Assembly: GCA_016235865.1 (NCBI GenBank)
Contig: JACRIK010000002.1
Location: forward strand, 7,520-71,519
DNA: 64,000 nt
Direction of reading: 5' to 3'
From: Planctomycetota bacterium
GTDB lineage: Bacteria; Planctomycetota; MHYJ01; JACQXL01
Shown: positions 38,402 to 47,056 of the stretch, in pieces
How the letters are laid out: each line of letters starts with the position of its first letter
Position numbering within the stretch: position 1 is the first letter of the stretch
Translations under genes and position numbers: made by a program
Notes under the pieces: generated by a model
The model's database searches: none
What the model saw: the letters and a program-made list of their open reading frames with translations, nothing else
What the model was told of the DNA's origin: nothing

Positions 38402-38533
38402 ATTATGGGCAAAAGGTTTGCCGGCGGGGAAACCGGCGACCGGAAGAGTTTTTACGGCGCTCCCGGCCTGAGCGTGCTGCGCTGCAAAGCCCAATTCACC
38501 GATTTCAAATACCTGATTTACGAATAACCGCCT
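38402..38533 (+). repeat. 132-bp direct repeat, copy 2 (orphan gene 3' end followed by a terminator)
   Basis: encodes the identical peptide IMGKRFAGG...FKYLIYE*; no plausible start or SD; followed by aaccgcct...aggcggtttttt. Confidence 0.95.
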
Positions 38534-38706
38534 CCAGGTTATACCGGATTGCGTCCGATTTTAGGCGGTTTTTTGACCGACCGTATTCCTTTGCCAAGAG
38601 ATACGGTCTGGGTTGATAACATTCGGCGCTCCGTATATGCTTATTGTTTTAGTAAGCTCACAAGAGACGGCGCCTGTTCGTATTTCGGATGCCGTTCGTT
38701 CGGTAA

Positions 38707-38934
38707 TCAAATGACATTCCTTTGCCCATCAGATGCCGCGCCTAAGGAATTGAATGGGGATGTAACAGGCGGATGGGGGTGGGGGGACTCCCCCCTGACG
38801 ATGTAACTTGTTATTTTATAATGGGTTCGGACAACAGAGTTAGCCGATTTTGGTGTTTTGGCCGGTTGATTTGTTTCGGCCATTGCCGATAAACTCAAGG
38901 CGCATACGCCGGCGATTACGGCTAATCTTTTCAT
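38707..38934 (-). CDS. small hypothetical secreted protein or gene remnant
   Basis: signal-peptide-like MKRLAVIAGVCALSLSAMA; 75 aa. Confidence 0.45.
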   Translation of the reverse strand: MKRLAVIAGVCALSLSAMAETNQPAKTPKSANSVVRTHYKITSYIVRGESPHPHPPVTSPFNSLGAASDGQRNVI

Positions 38935-38956
38935 AAACTTATTACAGTTAGGTTTA

Positions 38957-39035
38957 GGGATTGCTTCGTCGTCCCGTTGGGACTTCTCGCAATGACCGTC
39001 ATTGCGAGGTCGCCGTAGGTGACCGTGGCAATCTC
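38957..39035. repeat. GTCATTGCGAG REP-like element, copy 2 (permuted arm order)
   Basis: gggattgcttcg...ctcgcaatgac c gtcattgcgag...gtggcaatctc. Confidence 0.8.
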
Positions 39036-39185
39036 TAACTCAGGTATATTATTACCATATATAAACGAATAAAAGGGGTGGCCGGCTCACTTTATTTTTG
39101 GATTTTCCATTAAATCCCCTTTTTTCAGCGGGAAAAGAGGGGGGGGGTGGCCAAGTAAAATAAACAGATAAATATTATTTTCTAC

Positions 39186-39214
39186 TTGACAAAACGATGT
39201 CAACAGGTTATATT
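39186..39214 (+). promoter_or_regulatory. sigma70 promoter of the pilin-like operon with overlapping TTGACA-N6-TGTCAA dyad
   Basis: TTGACA-N17-TATATT; TGTCAA at 39198-39203. Confidence 0.7.
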
Positions 39215-39283
39215 TATTATGGAAGCAAGCATGGGAAGCACCGGGATGGGTATCTGTGGGTGTTATTCATAAGGATTGTGCTT

Positions 39284-40438
39284 ATGAGAATTTCTATTGA
39301 TAGCGATAGGGGTGTAGCGCTGGTCTGGACCATGCTGGCCATGACCCTGATGCTCAGCACCATCCTGGTGGGCATTTCAATGCTGGAGATGACCTCCGGC
39401 GTGCTGGAGAGCCAGATTCAGCATTACGGCCAGACCCCGAGCATCGCCAAGGCCGGGCTGTTTGACGCCCTAGCCTGGTTCCGGCGCCAGACTACCCAGC
39501 CGGTGATTGCTTTCACCCCTCAGCGCGATATGGTGTCTATCCCGATCGTTAATGACACCGATGACCCGACTATCGGCATCGTCCGCGAGATTGATATGGA
39601 CCAGAGCGCCAATATCTTTGGCCGCTACGAGGTTATCAGCAGCACGGTGACCGATATCTCATCCCAGCGCGGGTTTGCCGGGGCCGGCACGATCTGGAAT
39701 ATCGAGAGCATCGGATATATCTACCGCAGGTTAGACCCGACCAAGGCATATAACGTCTGGCCCAACCAGGTTCTGGCGCGTAATATCCTGGCCGTTGATA
39801 TCCGCCGGGTGAGCATGGTCCTGCCGGCTGAGGCCGCGCTGTGCACCTATAACGCCGGCAGCACGACCATCGGAAATAAAGGTAAGGTTATCGGCAATAC
39901 TAAAACGGGAATTGCCTACCGGACCGGTTCGGGCACACTGACGCTTGACGCCGGCTCCACGGTTACCGGGACCCCGGCGACTAACCCTATCCCTCTCCCT
40001 TATAATGACAGTTGTTCGAGCGTCTTCGGGATGAGCGAGGATGAATTGAAGTCCATCGCGGATTATTATGTCACCAATGAAAATGATATTCCGGTTCCGA
40101 TACCCAATTACAAGATTGTCTTCTTTGACAGCGGTCCGGGCGGCGCGACCTTTAATTCCAGCCGGCCGCTGAAAGGCACCGGGATTTTCTATTGCACCGG
40201 CAATGTGATTATTGCCGCCAACAGCGGTTCTTCTTATAACGGCATCATTTATTGCGCCGGCAATTACCAGCAGCTGGCGCCGTCACAAATCAACGGCTCG
40301 GTGATTGTCAAAGGCAATGCCAATGTTATTGGCAGCGGCGATATTTCGGCAATTAATTACGACGCCACGGTCCTGTCGCAGATTCGGACCTATACCGGGC
40401 AATACCGTTTTGCCAAGGGATTTTTCCTGAAGGAATAA
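39284..40438 (+). CDS. PilX/GspK-like minor (pseudo)pilin (start ATG 39284)
   Basis: MRISIDSDRG|VALVWTMLAM class III signal lacking Glu5; AKAG...A after the helix; SD-like aagga. Confidence 0.75.
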   Translation: MRISIDSDRGVALVWTMLAMTLMLSTILVGISMLEMTSGVLESQIQHYGQTPSIAKAGLFDALAWFRRQTTQPVIAFTPQRDMVSIPIVNDTDDPTIGIVREIDMDQSANIFGRYEVISSTVTDISSQRGFAGAGTIWNIESIGYIYRRLDPTKAYNVWPNQVLARNILAVDIRRVSMVLPAEAALCTYNAGSTTIGNKGKVIGNTKTGIAYRTGSGTLTLDAGSTVTGTPATNPIPLPYNDSCSSVFGMSEDELKSIADYYVTNENDIPVPIPNYKIVFFDSGPGGATFNSSRPLKGTGIFYCTGNVIIAANSGSSYNGIIYCAGNYQQLAPSQINGSVIVKGNANVIGSGDISAINYDATVLSQIRTYTGQYRFAKGFFLKE

Positions 40439-40441
40439 ATT

Positions 40442-43400
40442 ATGAAATCATTTAAGAATCAATCCGGTATGACGCTGCTGGAGGTTATCATCGCGATGTG
40501 CATCATCACGGTGGTGATAGTGACCAGCGTGCATTTCATTGTCGGGACGCAGACCGCGGTGATGATGAACCAGGACCGGGCCTTTGCCATGCAAAAGGCG
40601 CTGGCTCTGGTGAACGAGTTGCGCGCCTATGCCCAGTCCAAAGAGGATGCCGGCGGGGCCTCGACCCTGGATGTCTTTGACGACGGCGTCGGCACCTCGG
40701 GGCTCCTGACCATCGACTCGACCGTGGTTGACCCGGCCAATATCGTCAGCGGCAATTCCTGGCTGGGTACCCGGTGGCGCTATGCCCGGCGCATCACGAT
40801 CCGCAAGTTCCCGTCTTTTGAGGCAACTAACGTCAGAATCGTCGAGGTGAAGATATTCCTGACCCAGCCCGGCGATGATGCGGCCTCGGTCCTGGCCGAT
40901 ATCTCCTCGGTGGTGACCACCGGCGGCGATATGGCGCCGCCCAAGCAGGTCTATGATATCTATCTGCTGTGCGTAGAGAATATCCCGGGCTGGTGGGTCT
41001 ATATGGCCTATCTCAAGCCGTTTATCGAGACGGCCCTGAGCGATATGGAGTCGCGCAATCCGGGCCTGGAATTCCGCCAGCACTGGATTACCAAGGCCGC
41101 CTACGGACGGGACCAGGAATACAAGCCATACTTCAATGACGCGGTTGATTCCACGGCGGATATCAATTATGTTTATTTCTATCCGGGCAGCATGCCGACC
41201 GGCTCCGGGGTCAGCCAGTATTACGTCCCGGGCAACGTAAACGCCCGGATTAATATTGATAACGTCACCGCCAATGATTATAATGCCGCCGGCTCGGACG
41301 ATGATATCACCGACAATTCCTGGCCCTACACGCTGGCCGACCAGTATAACCACGCCATGCGTTATCCGGATGAATGGACCCTTTATCAGAGACGGCTGTC
41401 GGACAATACCGAACAGGATGGGGTGCTGACCTACCGGCTCCTGCTGGACGATATGATTCTTAATCCGGATAACTATCGTAATGCCATTTTCATCAACCTG
41501 CACGGCGAACTGATTCCGATGCCGTCCATCAGGAATTATTCGGACGCGGCCAAGGACCCGGTCACCTATCCGCAGTGGCGCGCGGTGGCCCATCCGGAAA
41601 AACTGCGCTATGGTTTGGCCGAGGATGTCACGCTCCGCGTCTACGGCTACCTGGCTGACCCGACCATTTCCGGCAGTGACCTGATGATTTCACCGGCCGG
41701 CACGTCCGTGCCCATCCGGATCGACATACCGGATATGCATCTAACCCCGTCTGATATCGCGGTTACGGCTATCCAGGGCGGGATAGACCAGAACCCGCAG
41801 GATGCCATCTCGGATACGTATATTGCCGTCAATCCGGCCCTGACCACCGCCGGCACCGGCAGCACCGTTAACCGGATGTATTATACGATGGACTATATTA
41901 CCGGCACCAACACGTCCGTGATAAAGATGTATAACACGCCGCTGCGCGCCCCGAAGAGCGGCGGCGGTTTTTGCGGCCTGGATACGAGCCGGCGTTTGTA
42001 CGGGATGGACTATATTCCCTGCCCGGTTTCCGGCACTGATTTCAGCAGCCGGTCATTAACTTACGCGGCCACCGCTAATTCCTGGAATGTGAGAGCCGTG
42101 GCGTTAGGCACGGTTGGGGCGGGCGGCGCCCTGGCTTCCAATGGCGCCGATTATATCTATGCCTTCCGGGGCGGAGCCACCCAGACCTTCTGGCGGCATT
42201 CTATTTCCGGCAATTCCTGGCTGGCCCGGGCCAATTACGGGTTCAACGTGGGCACCGGCGGCGCCCTGGTCTATGTCAATACCAACGGCCGTATTTACGG
42301 ATTTGCCGGGAATACCACCAGCACATTCCAGTATTATACGGAAGACGCCTGGACCGTCAGGACGAATGCCCCGGGCACAGTCGGGGCCGGCGGCGCCCTG
42401 GCTTATCCCGGCGCGAACGATTTTATCTACGCGCTCCGGGGCAACGCAACCAGCACTTTCTGGAGTTATTCCATCTCGACCGATACCTGGATTACCATGA
42501 CGGCGGCTCCGGGCTCGGTCGGCACCGGCGGCATAGGCGGTGGCGCCCTGGCGGCTACCGGCGATGATTATATTTACGCCTTCCAGGGCGGCGGCAACAC
42601 CGCTTTCTGGCGCTATTCCATCTCGGGAAATAATTGGGTCGTCATGGCGCCTACCACCCCGTATAATGTCGGGGCCGGCGGCGCCCTGGTCTATCCCGGC
42701 TCCGGTGATTATATTTATGCCTTCCAGGGAAATAGCAGTCTGCCGTTCCTGCGCTATTCGATTTCCGGCAATTCCTGGATTACCATGACCGCGGCGCCCG
42801 GCACTATTGCCACCGGCGGCGCACTGGTTTATTCCAGCTCCAACGATACTATCTACGGCCTGAGGGGAAATACCCTGACCACCTTCTGGCGTTGCGACCC
42901 CACGCCGTTGCCCATGAATACAGCCCGCTGGCTGATAACCATCCCGGCAGCGGTTATCGACCGCGAGATTGGCAATTTCAGCACGGTCCTGGCGTTCCAG
43001 ACGCGAATAACGAACACCGACGAGGCGCCGACCAGCGGCGTAATGTGGCCGCCGGCTTCGAGAACCGTTCCGGCCAACCTGTCAACTACCTATATCTGGC
43101 GCAATAATCTGGCTGATGAGGTGCCGTTCAGCGAGCGCTACCAGTTCCAGGGCGACCCGCGCCATTGCCCTTATGCCGATGTCAAGGCCAATCACGGTTA
43201 TAACTGGTATTTTGATAATTTGCGGGATGTGACAAATGTAATCACCGAGTGGCCGGGCTTTGACGCCACCCGGCTTAATAACGGGACCAGCGCCACAGCC
43301 GATGGCTGGCATGGTTCAGGCGGTACGACCGGCGATATGCTGGAGATTGATGTTCCGCGATTCTTCCAGTTCATCCGGACCGCCCTGACCGGTTCTAACG

Positions 43401-44752
43401 GGGTCTGGACCACCATCACCGGGTTCTCTTACTATTATATGGGTCTGGGCAATGAAATCGGCTATGATTCGGCCAACGGTTTTCCAACCAGTATTCCGAC
43501 ATCAAGTAAACCTTTTAATGGCGCCTCCGGTACGCGCAACGAAGATTCTATTACCACGGCTCTGAGTGGGGGCGTCAAATACATCAGGGAGAATGTCTCG
43601 CCTTACTGGTGGGGCATGCCCTGGCTGGGCGAGTTATATCCGGATAAGGCATATACGCCCACCTGGACTGCCAATGGCAATCTGCCCAGCGGCAGTACGG
43701 CCAATACCTATGTTCGTATCCGGCGCCAGAGTATTACCACTACCGGCGCGGCGCCCATAGCCAAGAGCGGGACCTTGCCGGTCGGCACGAACTTTTATAC
43801 CACCGGCACGGCAAACCTGGCCTGCGTGCGCCGGACCAATACCTATGGTTGCACCTCGTTATTTAATATCGGTACAACCACCTCAACCTTCAGGCATAGA
43901 TTTCCGACCGGCACGACCGGTAGTATCACGGTTTCCGGAACGAATATGGCTAATGCCTATTCTTTTCCCCTCCAGACCTCGATGGATATTAATCGCCCCT
44001 TTTCAACTACATACAATTGGACTGTTGTGCCTACGGAATTTAGTGTTGCTGATTATTCTTCCATTCGTTGTAGCGCCGAGATACTCAGGGGTTTAAGATT
44101 CTATGGCCATGTGGACGGCGCCGGGTGGGAAGGCAGTTCTCTGGTGCGGCTCCAGAATAATTCCCTTCCGGTCAGCCCGAGCGCTTTTCTCGCGGTCAAC
44201 GGCCTGGCCCAGACCGTTCAGATGGGGACATCAGGCATTGCCCGCTATGCGGTTATGAGTTTGCTGCACAGTTTATTAAGCGCCGGGGTGACCGGCACGC
44301 CCAGCCGGGTGGTCCAGTTGCCCAGAATAGAAGTCAAACAGCCCAATGTCACCACCGAACTGGAAAACCCGTCAACGATTACCATTACCTGGGAGACCCA
44401 ATGGAAACGTTGGGACGAGCAGAAATACACCTCGGAGTATTCGGATACATTTACCGAGGTTATTACGGATGTGAGGTATGCCTTGATTTATTCCCGCGAC
44501 AACGGCCGGACCTGGCGGCATATAATAGATGACGACATTGTCAAGCCCGAACCGTCTGCCACGGCCGGCTATCCGACCCAGGCGTTCTGGTTGAACGATA
44601 CTGCGCCGGAGGGCGATGAGAATTATACCTGGGATGTGGCTGATACCGCCTATTTCCCTGAAGGCAATTATATTATCAGGGTGGAGGCATACCGCAATAA
44701 CCAGCTGACCCATTATGCCTACCACGAACAAAGAATATATATAAACAGATAG
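40442..44752 (+). CDS. giant 1436-aa PilV/GspI-like prepilin with internal Kelch-like beta-propeller
   Basis: MKSFKNQSG|MTLLEVIIAM with Glu5; A.QKA..LVNELR; six GxGGAL...IY...G....FW.Y repeats at about 42070-42905. Confidence 0.82.
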   Translation: MKSFKNQSGMTLLEVIIAMCIITVVIVTSVHFIVGTQTAVMMNQDRAFAMQKALALVNELRAYAQSKEDAGGASTLDVFDDGVGTSGLLTIDSTVVDPANIVSGNSWLGTRWRYARRITIRKFPSFEATNVRIVEVKIFLTQPGDDAASVLADISSVVTTGGDMAPPKQVYDIYLLCVENIPGWWVYMAYLKPFIETALSDMESRNPGLEFRQHWITKAAYGRDQEYKPYFNDAVDSTADINYVYFYPGSMPTGSGVSQYYVPGNVNARINIDNVTANDYNAAGSDDDITDNSWPYTLADQYNHAMRYPDEWTLYQRRLSDNTEQDGVLTYRLLLDDMILNPDNYRNAIFINLHGELIPMPSIRNYSDAAKDPVTYPQWRAVAHPEKLRYGLAEDVTLRVYGYLADPTISGSDLMISPAGTSVPIRIDIPDMHLTPSDIAVTAIQGGIDQNPQDAISDTYIAVNPALTTAGTGSTVNRMYYTMDYITGTNTSVIKMYNTPLRAPKSGGGFCGLDTSRRLYGMDYIPCPVSGTDFSSRSLTYAATANSWNVRAVALGTVGAGGALASNGADYIYAFRGGATQTFWRHSISGNSWLARANYGFNVGTGGALVYVNTNGRIYGFAGNTTSTFQYYTEDAWTVRTNAPGTVGAGGALAYPGANDFIYALRGNATSTFWSYSISTDTWITMTAAPGSVGTGGIGGGALAATGDDYIYAFQGGGNTAFWRYSISGNNWVVMAPTTPYNVGAGGALVYPGSGDYIYAFQGNSSLPFLRYSISGNSWITMTAAPGTIATGGALVYSSSNDTIYGLRGNTLTTFWRCDPTPLPMNTARWLITIPAAVIDREIGNFSTVLAFQTRITNTDEAPTSGVMWPPASRTVPANLSTTYIWRNNLADEVPFSERYQFQGDPRHCPYADVKANHGYNWYFDNLRDVTNVITEWPGFDATRLNNGTSATADGWHGSGGTTGDMLEIDVPRFFQFIRTALTGSNGVWTTITGFSYYYMGLGNEIGYDSANGFPTSIPTSSKPFNGASGTRNEDSITTALSGGVKYIRENVSPYWWGMPWLGELYPDKAYTPTWTANGNLPSGSTANTYVRIRRQSITTTGAAPIAKSGTLPVGTNFYTTGTANLACVRRTNTYGCTSLFNIGTTTSTFRHRFPTGTTGSITVSGTNMANAYSFPLQTSMDINRPFSTTYNWTVVPTEFSVADYSSIRCSAEILRGLRFYGHVDGAGWEGSSLVRLQNNSLPVSPSAFLAVNGLAQTVQMGTSGIARYAVMSLLHSLLSAGVTGTPSRVVQLPRIEVKQPNVTTELENPSTITITWETQWKRWDEQKYTSEYSDTFTEVITDVRYALIYSRDNGRTWRHIIDDDIVKPEPSATAGYPTQAFWLNDTAPEGDENYTWDVADTAYFPEGNYIIRVEAYRNNQLTHYAYHEQRIYINR

Positions 44753-44865
44753 TATTAGAACCAGTTGACTAATTCTGGAGTGGGACTGATTAGTCGAATC
44801 GTGACCGTGAGCATTTGAGCCGGCGGCTCAAAGCGGAACGAACAAAGAATATATATAAACAGATA
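44725..44865 (+). repeat. 27-bp direct repeat (44725-44751 and 44839-44865) enclosing palindromic inserts
   Basis: cgaacaaagaatatatataaacagata twice; between them tagaaccagttgactaattctgga and tttgagccggcggctcaaa. Confidence 0.9.
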
Positions 44866-44868
44866 ATA

Positions 44869-45909
44869 ATGAAAACTAACCGTAAATCAATCTTGGGCAC
44901 CACCTTTATTGAAATGATGATTGCCATAGTATGTCTATCGGCTGTTGCCATTGCCACCTTTGAAATTATGACCCAGTCGCAGGAGACCAATGACACGGTT
45001 AACGCCTGGAATATGCTCACCCAGTGGGGCCAGACCGCAATAAACAAGGTTAACCTCGATGTTACCCAGGCCTGCGTGCTCTACCAGAACGACACCTTGG
45101 GTAACGGCTATAAGGCCGACTTGCAAAGCGAGGCCGGTTTCCCGGCCCTGGCCACCAGCACACTGCCCACGATTGACGAGACCGGCACTTTTAGCCAGGA
45201 TAGCGTCAGTGATGGTACCAGCACCCGCACCGGCAATGCCATACTTTATGCCACTAATACACTGCCTTATATATCTAAAGACCCGGCCGATGGCGGCTTA
45301 GTGACCCCGACGCGCCGGGTTGATATGTATCGGATGGTATATTATTACCTCTCGCCGGTCACCCAGACTATCGGCGCGAGTGCGACCTCGCTTCGGCTGG
45401 TCAAATGGACCAGTCGGGAATTTGCCGACTATAATCAGGTGGCGGCTATTACAGCCACCGAGCGGACTAATTTTGTTATAGAACTGTATTTCGACCGCGG
45501 CATCAGGCACCTCTGGGTCCCGCGCGATACGTCGGACACGGCATTCTATGCCATTGACGAATACGGCGGCATCAGCGCCTTGCCTGAGCCGTCTTTTACC
45601 ATTCCGACCGGGATTGACGCGGATGGGAATGCCATGGTCAAGAGCGTCATTGACAGATTGGGCCGGGGGTTTGCCTCGCTGGCCTGGAATAATTCCACTA
45701 CTTTCAGGACGCCTGATATCGTGCCCAAATTTGCCATGGGCAGCCAAGCCGGAGCCGGATTTCCGCACGGGATGGAGGTTCAGATAATCGGCCCGACCGG
45801 CGCCCGTCAGGTGCTGGTGCGATTAGTCCTGGCATACGTAGTCAGCGGCGCCGGGCAGAATCTCTATTCCACTGAAGCGCATACCATCGTTACCTTGAGG
45901 GAATATTAA
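44869..45909 (+). CDS. PilW/GspJ-like minor (pseudo)pilin (start ATG 44869)
   Basis: MKTNRKSILG|TTFIEMMIAI with Glu5. Confidence 0.78.
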   Translation: MKTNRKSILGTTFIEMMIAIVCLSAVAIATFEIMTQSQETNDTVNAWNMLTQWGQTAINKVNLDVTQACVLYQNDTLGNGYKADLQSEAGFPALATSTLPTIDETGTFSQDSVSDGTSTRTGNAILYATNTLPYISKDPADGGLVTPTRRVDMYRMVYYYLSPVTQTIGASATSLRLVKWTSREFADYNQVAAITATERTNFVIELYFDRGIRHLWVPRDTSDTAFYAIDEYGGISALPEPSFTIPTGIDADGNAMVKSVIDRLGRGFASLAWNNSTTFRTPDIVPKFAMGSQAGAGFPHGMEVQIIGPTGARQVLVRLVLAYVVSGAGQNLYSTEAHTIVTLREY

Positions 45910-45964
45910 GGTATCCGCTCCAAGAGATGAATTAGGGGGGGGGCTCCGCTTTGCTACGGGATAA

Positions 45965-46023
45965 CTCGCAGCTAAAGCTCCGGAGTTTATACTGAGTGTA
46001 ACGAACGTGTCGCTAACTGCGAG
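45965..46023. repeat. palindromic REP-like element between convergent genes
   Basis: ctcgcag...ctgcgag ends; internal tatactgagtgtaacgaacgtg is 18/22 identical to 31052-31073. Confidence 0.55.
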
Positions 46024-46708
46024 CAAACATTTTCTTGCGCAACTCCATGAGCACGCTCCAGGCCAGTATTATCAGGTAATACCCGCAGGCCACTTGGAGG
46101 GCGACTGATGTGGTAGTGGCGGCCGCGTAGATGGTCAGCGGAATGGCCATTAGGGCATACACGCCGCCGACGATAAAGGCGGCTGTAATGCGCGGTTTGC
46201 TCCAGACCTTGATGGCCGGGGTTTTTTCGCCGTGCGCTACGGTCTGGCCGCCGAATACCGGCGCGTAATAAACGGTCAGCAACACCACGTGCAATACCCA
46301 GGTCAGGTAAAATGAGTTGATGGTCTGAAGCAGGACCGGGTCGGTGATGAGTTGGTGGCGGAAGATTACCAGCCAGAGTATGAGTCCGAGCACCACCAGC
46401 AGAGGTATATTGCCGTAATTGACCTCGACCCCGGTGGTGACCTTGAACTCGCCCTGGAGGGTTTCCAGCACTTCGCCGTAAAAGACCCAGAGACAGATGC
46501 CGGCGCACAGGCCGTAGAGGTTTTTCCAGACCGGCGATTCGGTGGCCCAGCCGGCCAGCAGGAAGGCAAAGAACAGGGCCGTGAATCCGGCGCCGCAGAT
46601 GATAGTGGCCCAGAGGCCGGCCTTGTAGGACCGGGCCGGGATGATATGTCCCAGCGCAAAGGCCAGCGCCATGATGCCTAACGATAATAAAAGCGGATGG
46701 TCTAACAT
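46013..46708 (-). CDS. hypothetical polytopic membrane protein (about 6-7 TM)
   Basis: hydrophobic segments throughout; SD gaaaggtgag. Confidence 0.8.
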   Translation of the reverse strand: MLDHPLLLSLGIMALAFALGHIIPARSYKAGLWATIICGAGFTALFFAFLLAGWATESPVWKNLYGLCAGICLWVFYGEVLETLQGEFKVTTGVEVNYGNIPLLVVLGLILWLVIFRHQLITDPVLLQTINSFYLTWVLHVVLLTVYYAPVFGGQTVAHGEKTPAIKVWSKPRITAAFIVGGVYALMAIPLTIYAAATTTSVALQVACGYYLIILAWSVLMELRKKMFARS

Positions 46709-47005
46709 AATCTCACCTTTCTCTTTTTCGGCAGATAATCATATCGGGCAGTCGGTGTCAACCCCGCACAGAAGCCCCTCACCCTTCCCTCTCCCCTAAG
46801 GGGAGAGGATAGGTGAGGGGGAAGGGCGGTCCAGCTCCTCGATAAATCCCTTGTGAAACCGTCCAGTCTAAGTTTAACGTTAATATGTTTGATTAACATT
46901 ATTTATGTGCCGGGTCAAGTAAATAGTGTTACATTCTATATTAAACGTGCTACCGGGGATGAACCAGTCTGAGGTTGGAAGGACGGGATGATTGGAGTAT
47001 AATAG

Positions 47006-47045
47006 AAAAAGGGAATCAGGTTCGGTTTAACCTGATTCCCTTTTT
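47006..47045. terminator. bidirectional rho-independent terminator
   Basis: aaaaagggaatcagg / cctgattcccttttt. Confidence 0.85.
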
Positions 47046-47056
47046 GGTTGATGGAC

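Noticed and set aside
38336-38527. 63-aa ORF as a real gene
   Set aside because: Its last 41 residues are the duplicated 3' end of 33133-34248; the upstream part has no SD or similarity, so it is treated as a repeat remnant.
34123-38533. 132-bp repeat as a DGR template/variable repeat pair
   Set aside because: Two of the four mismatches are C/T rather than adenine-specific, all four are silent, and no reverse transcriptase or Avd gene is in the window.
38590-38720. Possible frameshifted continuation of the 38707-38934 ORF
   Set aside because: An alternative minus-strand frame is open for about 50 codons, but there is no slippery site or homology to support joining them.
39197-44868. ORF-track starts at 39197 and 44815 (likewise 9784, 12904, 27499, 52025)
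   Set aside because: They fall inside promoters or repeats; downstream ATGs give proper signal peptides, SD sites or family N-termini.
45935-45943. G9 tract as a phase-variation switch
   Set aside because: It lies between convergent gene ends next to a REP-like element, so it cannot affect a frame or promoter.
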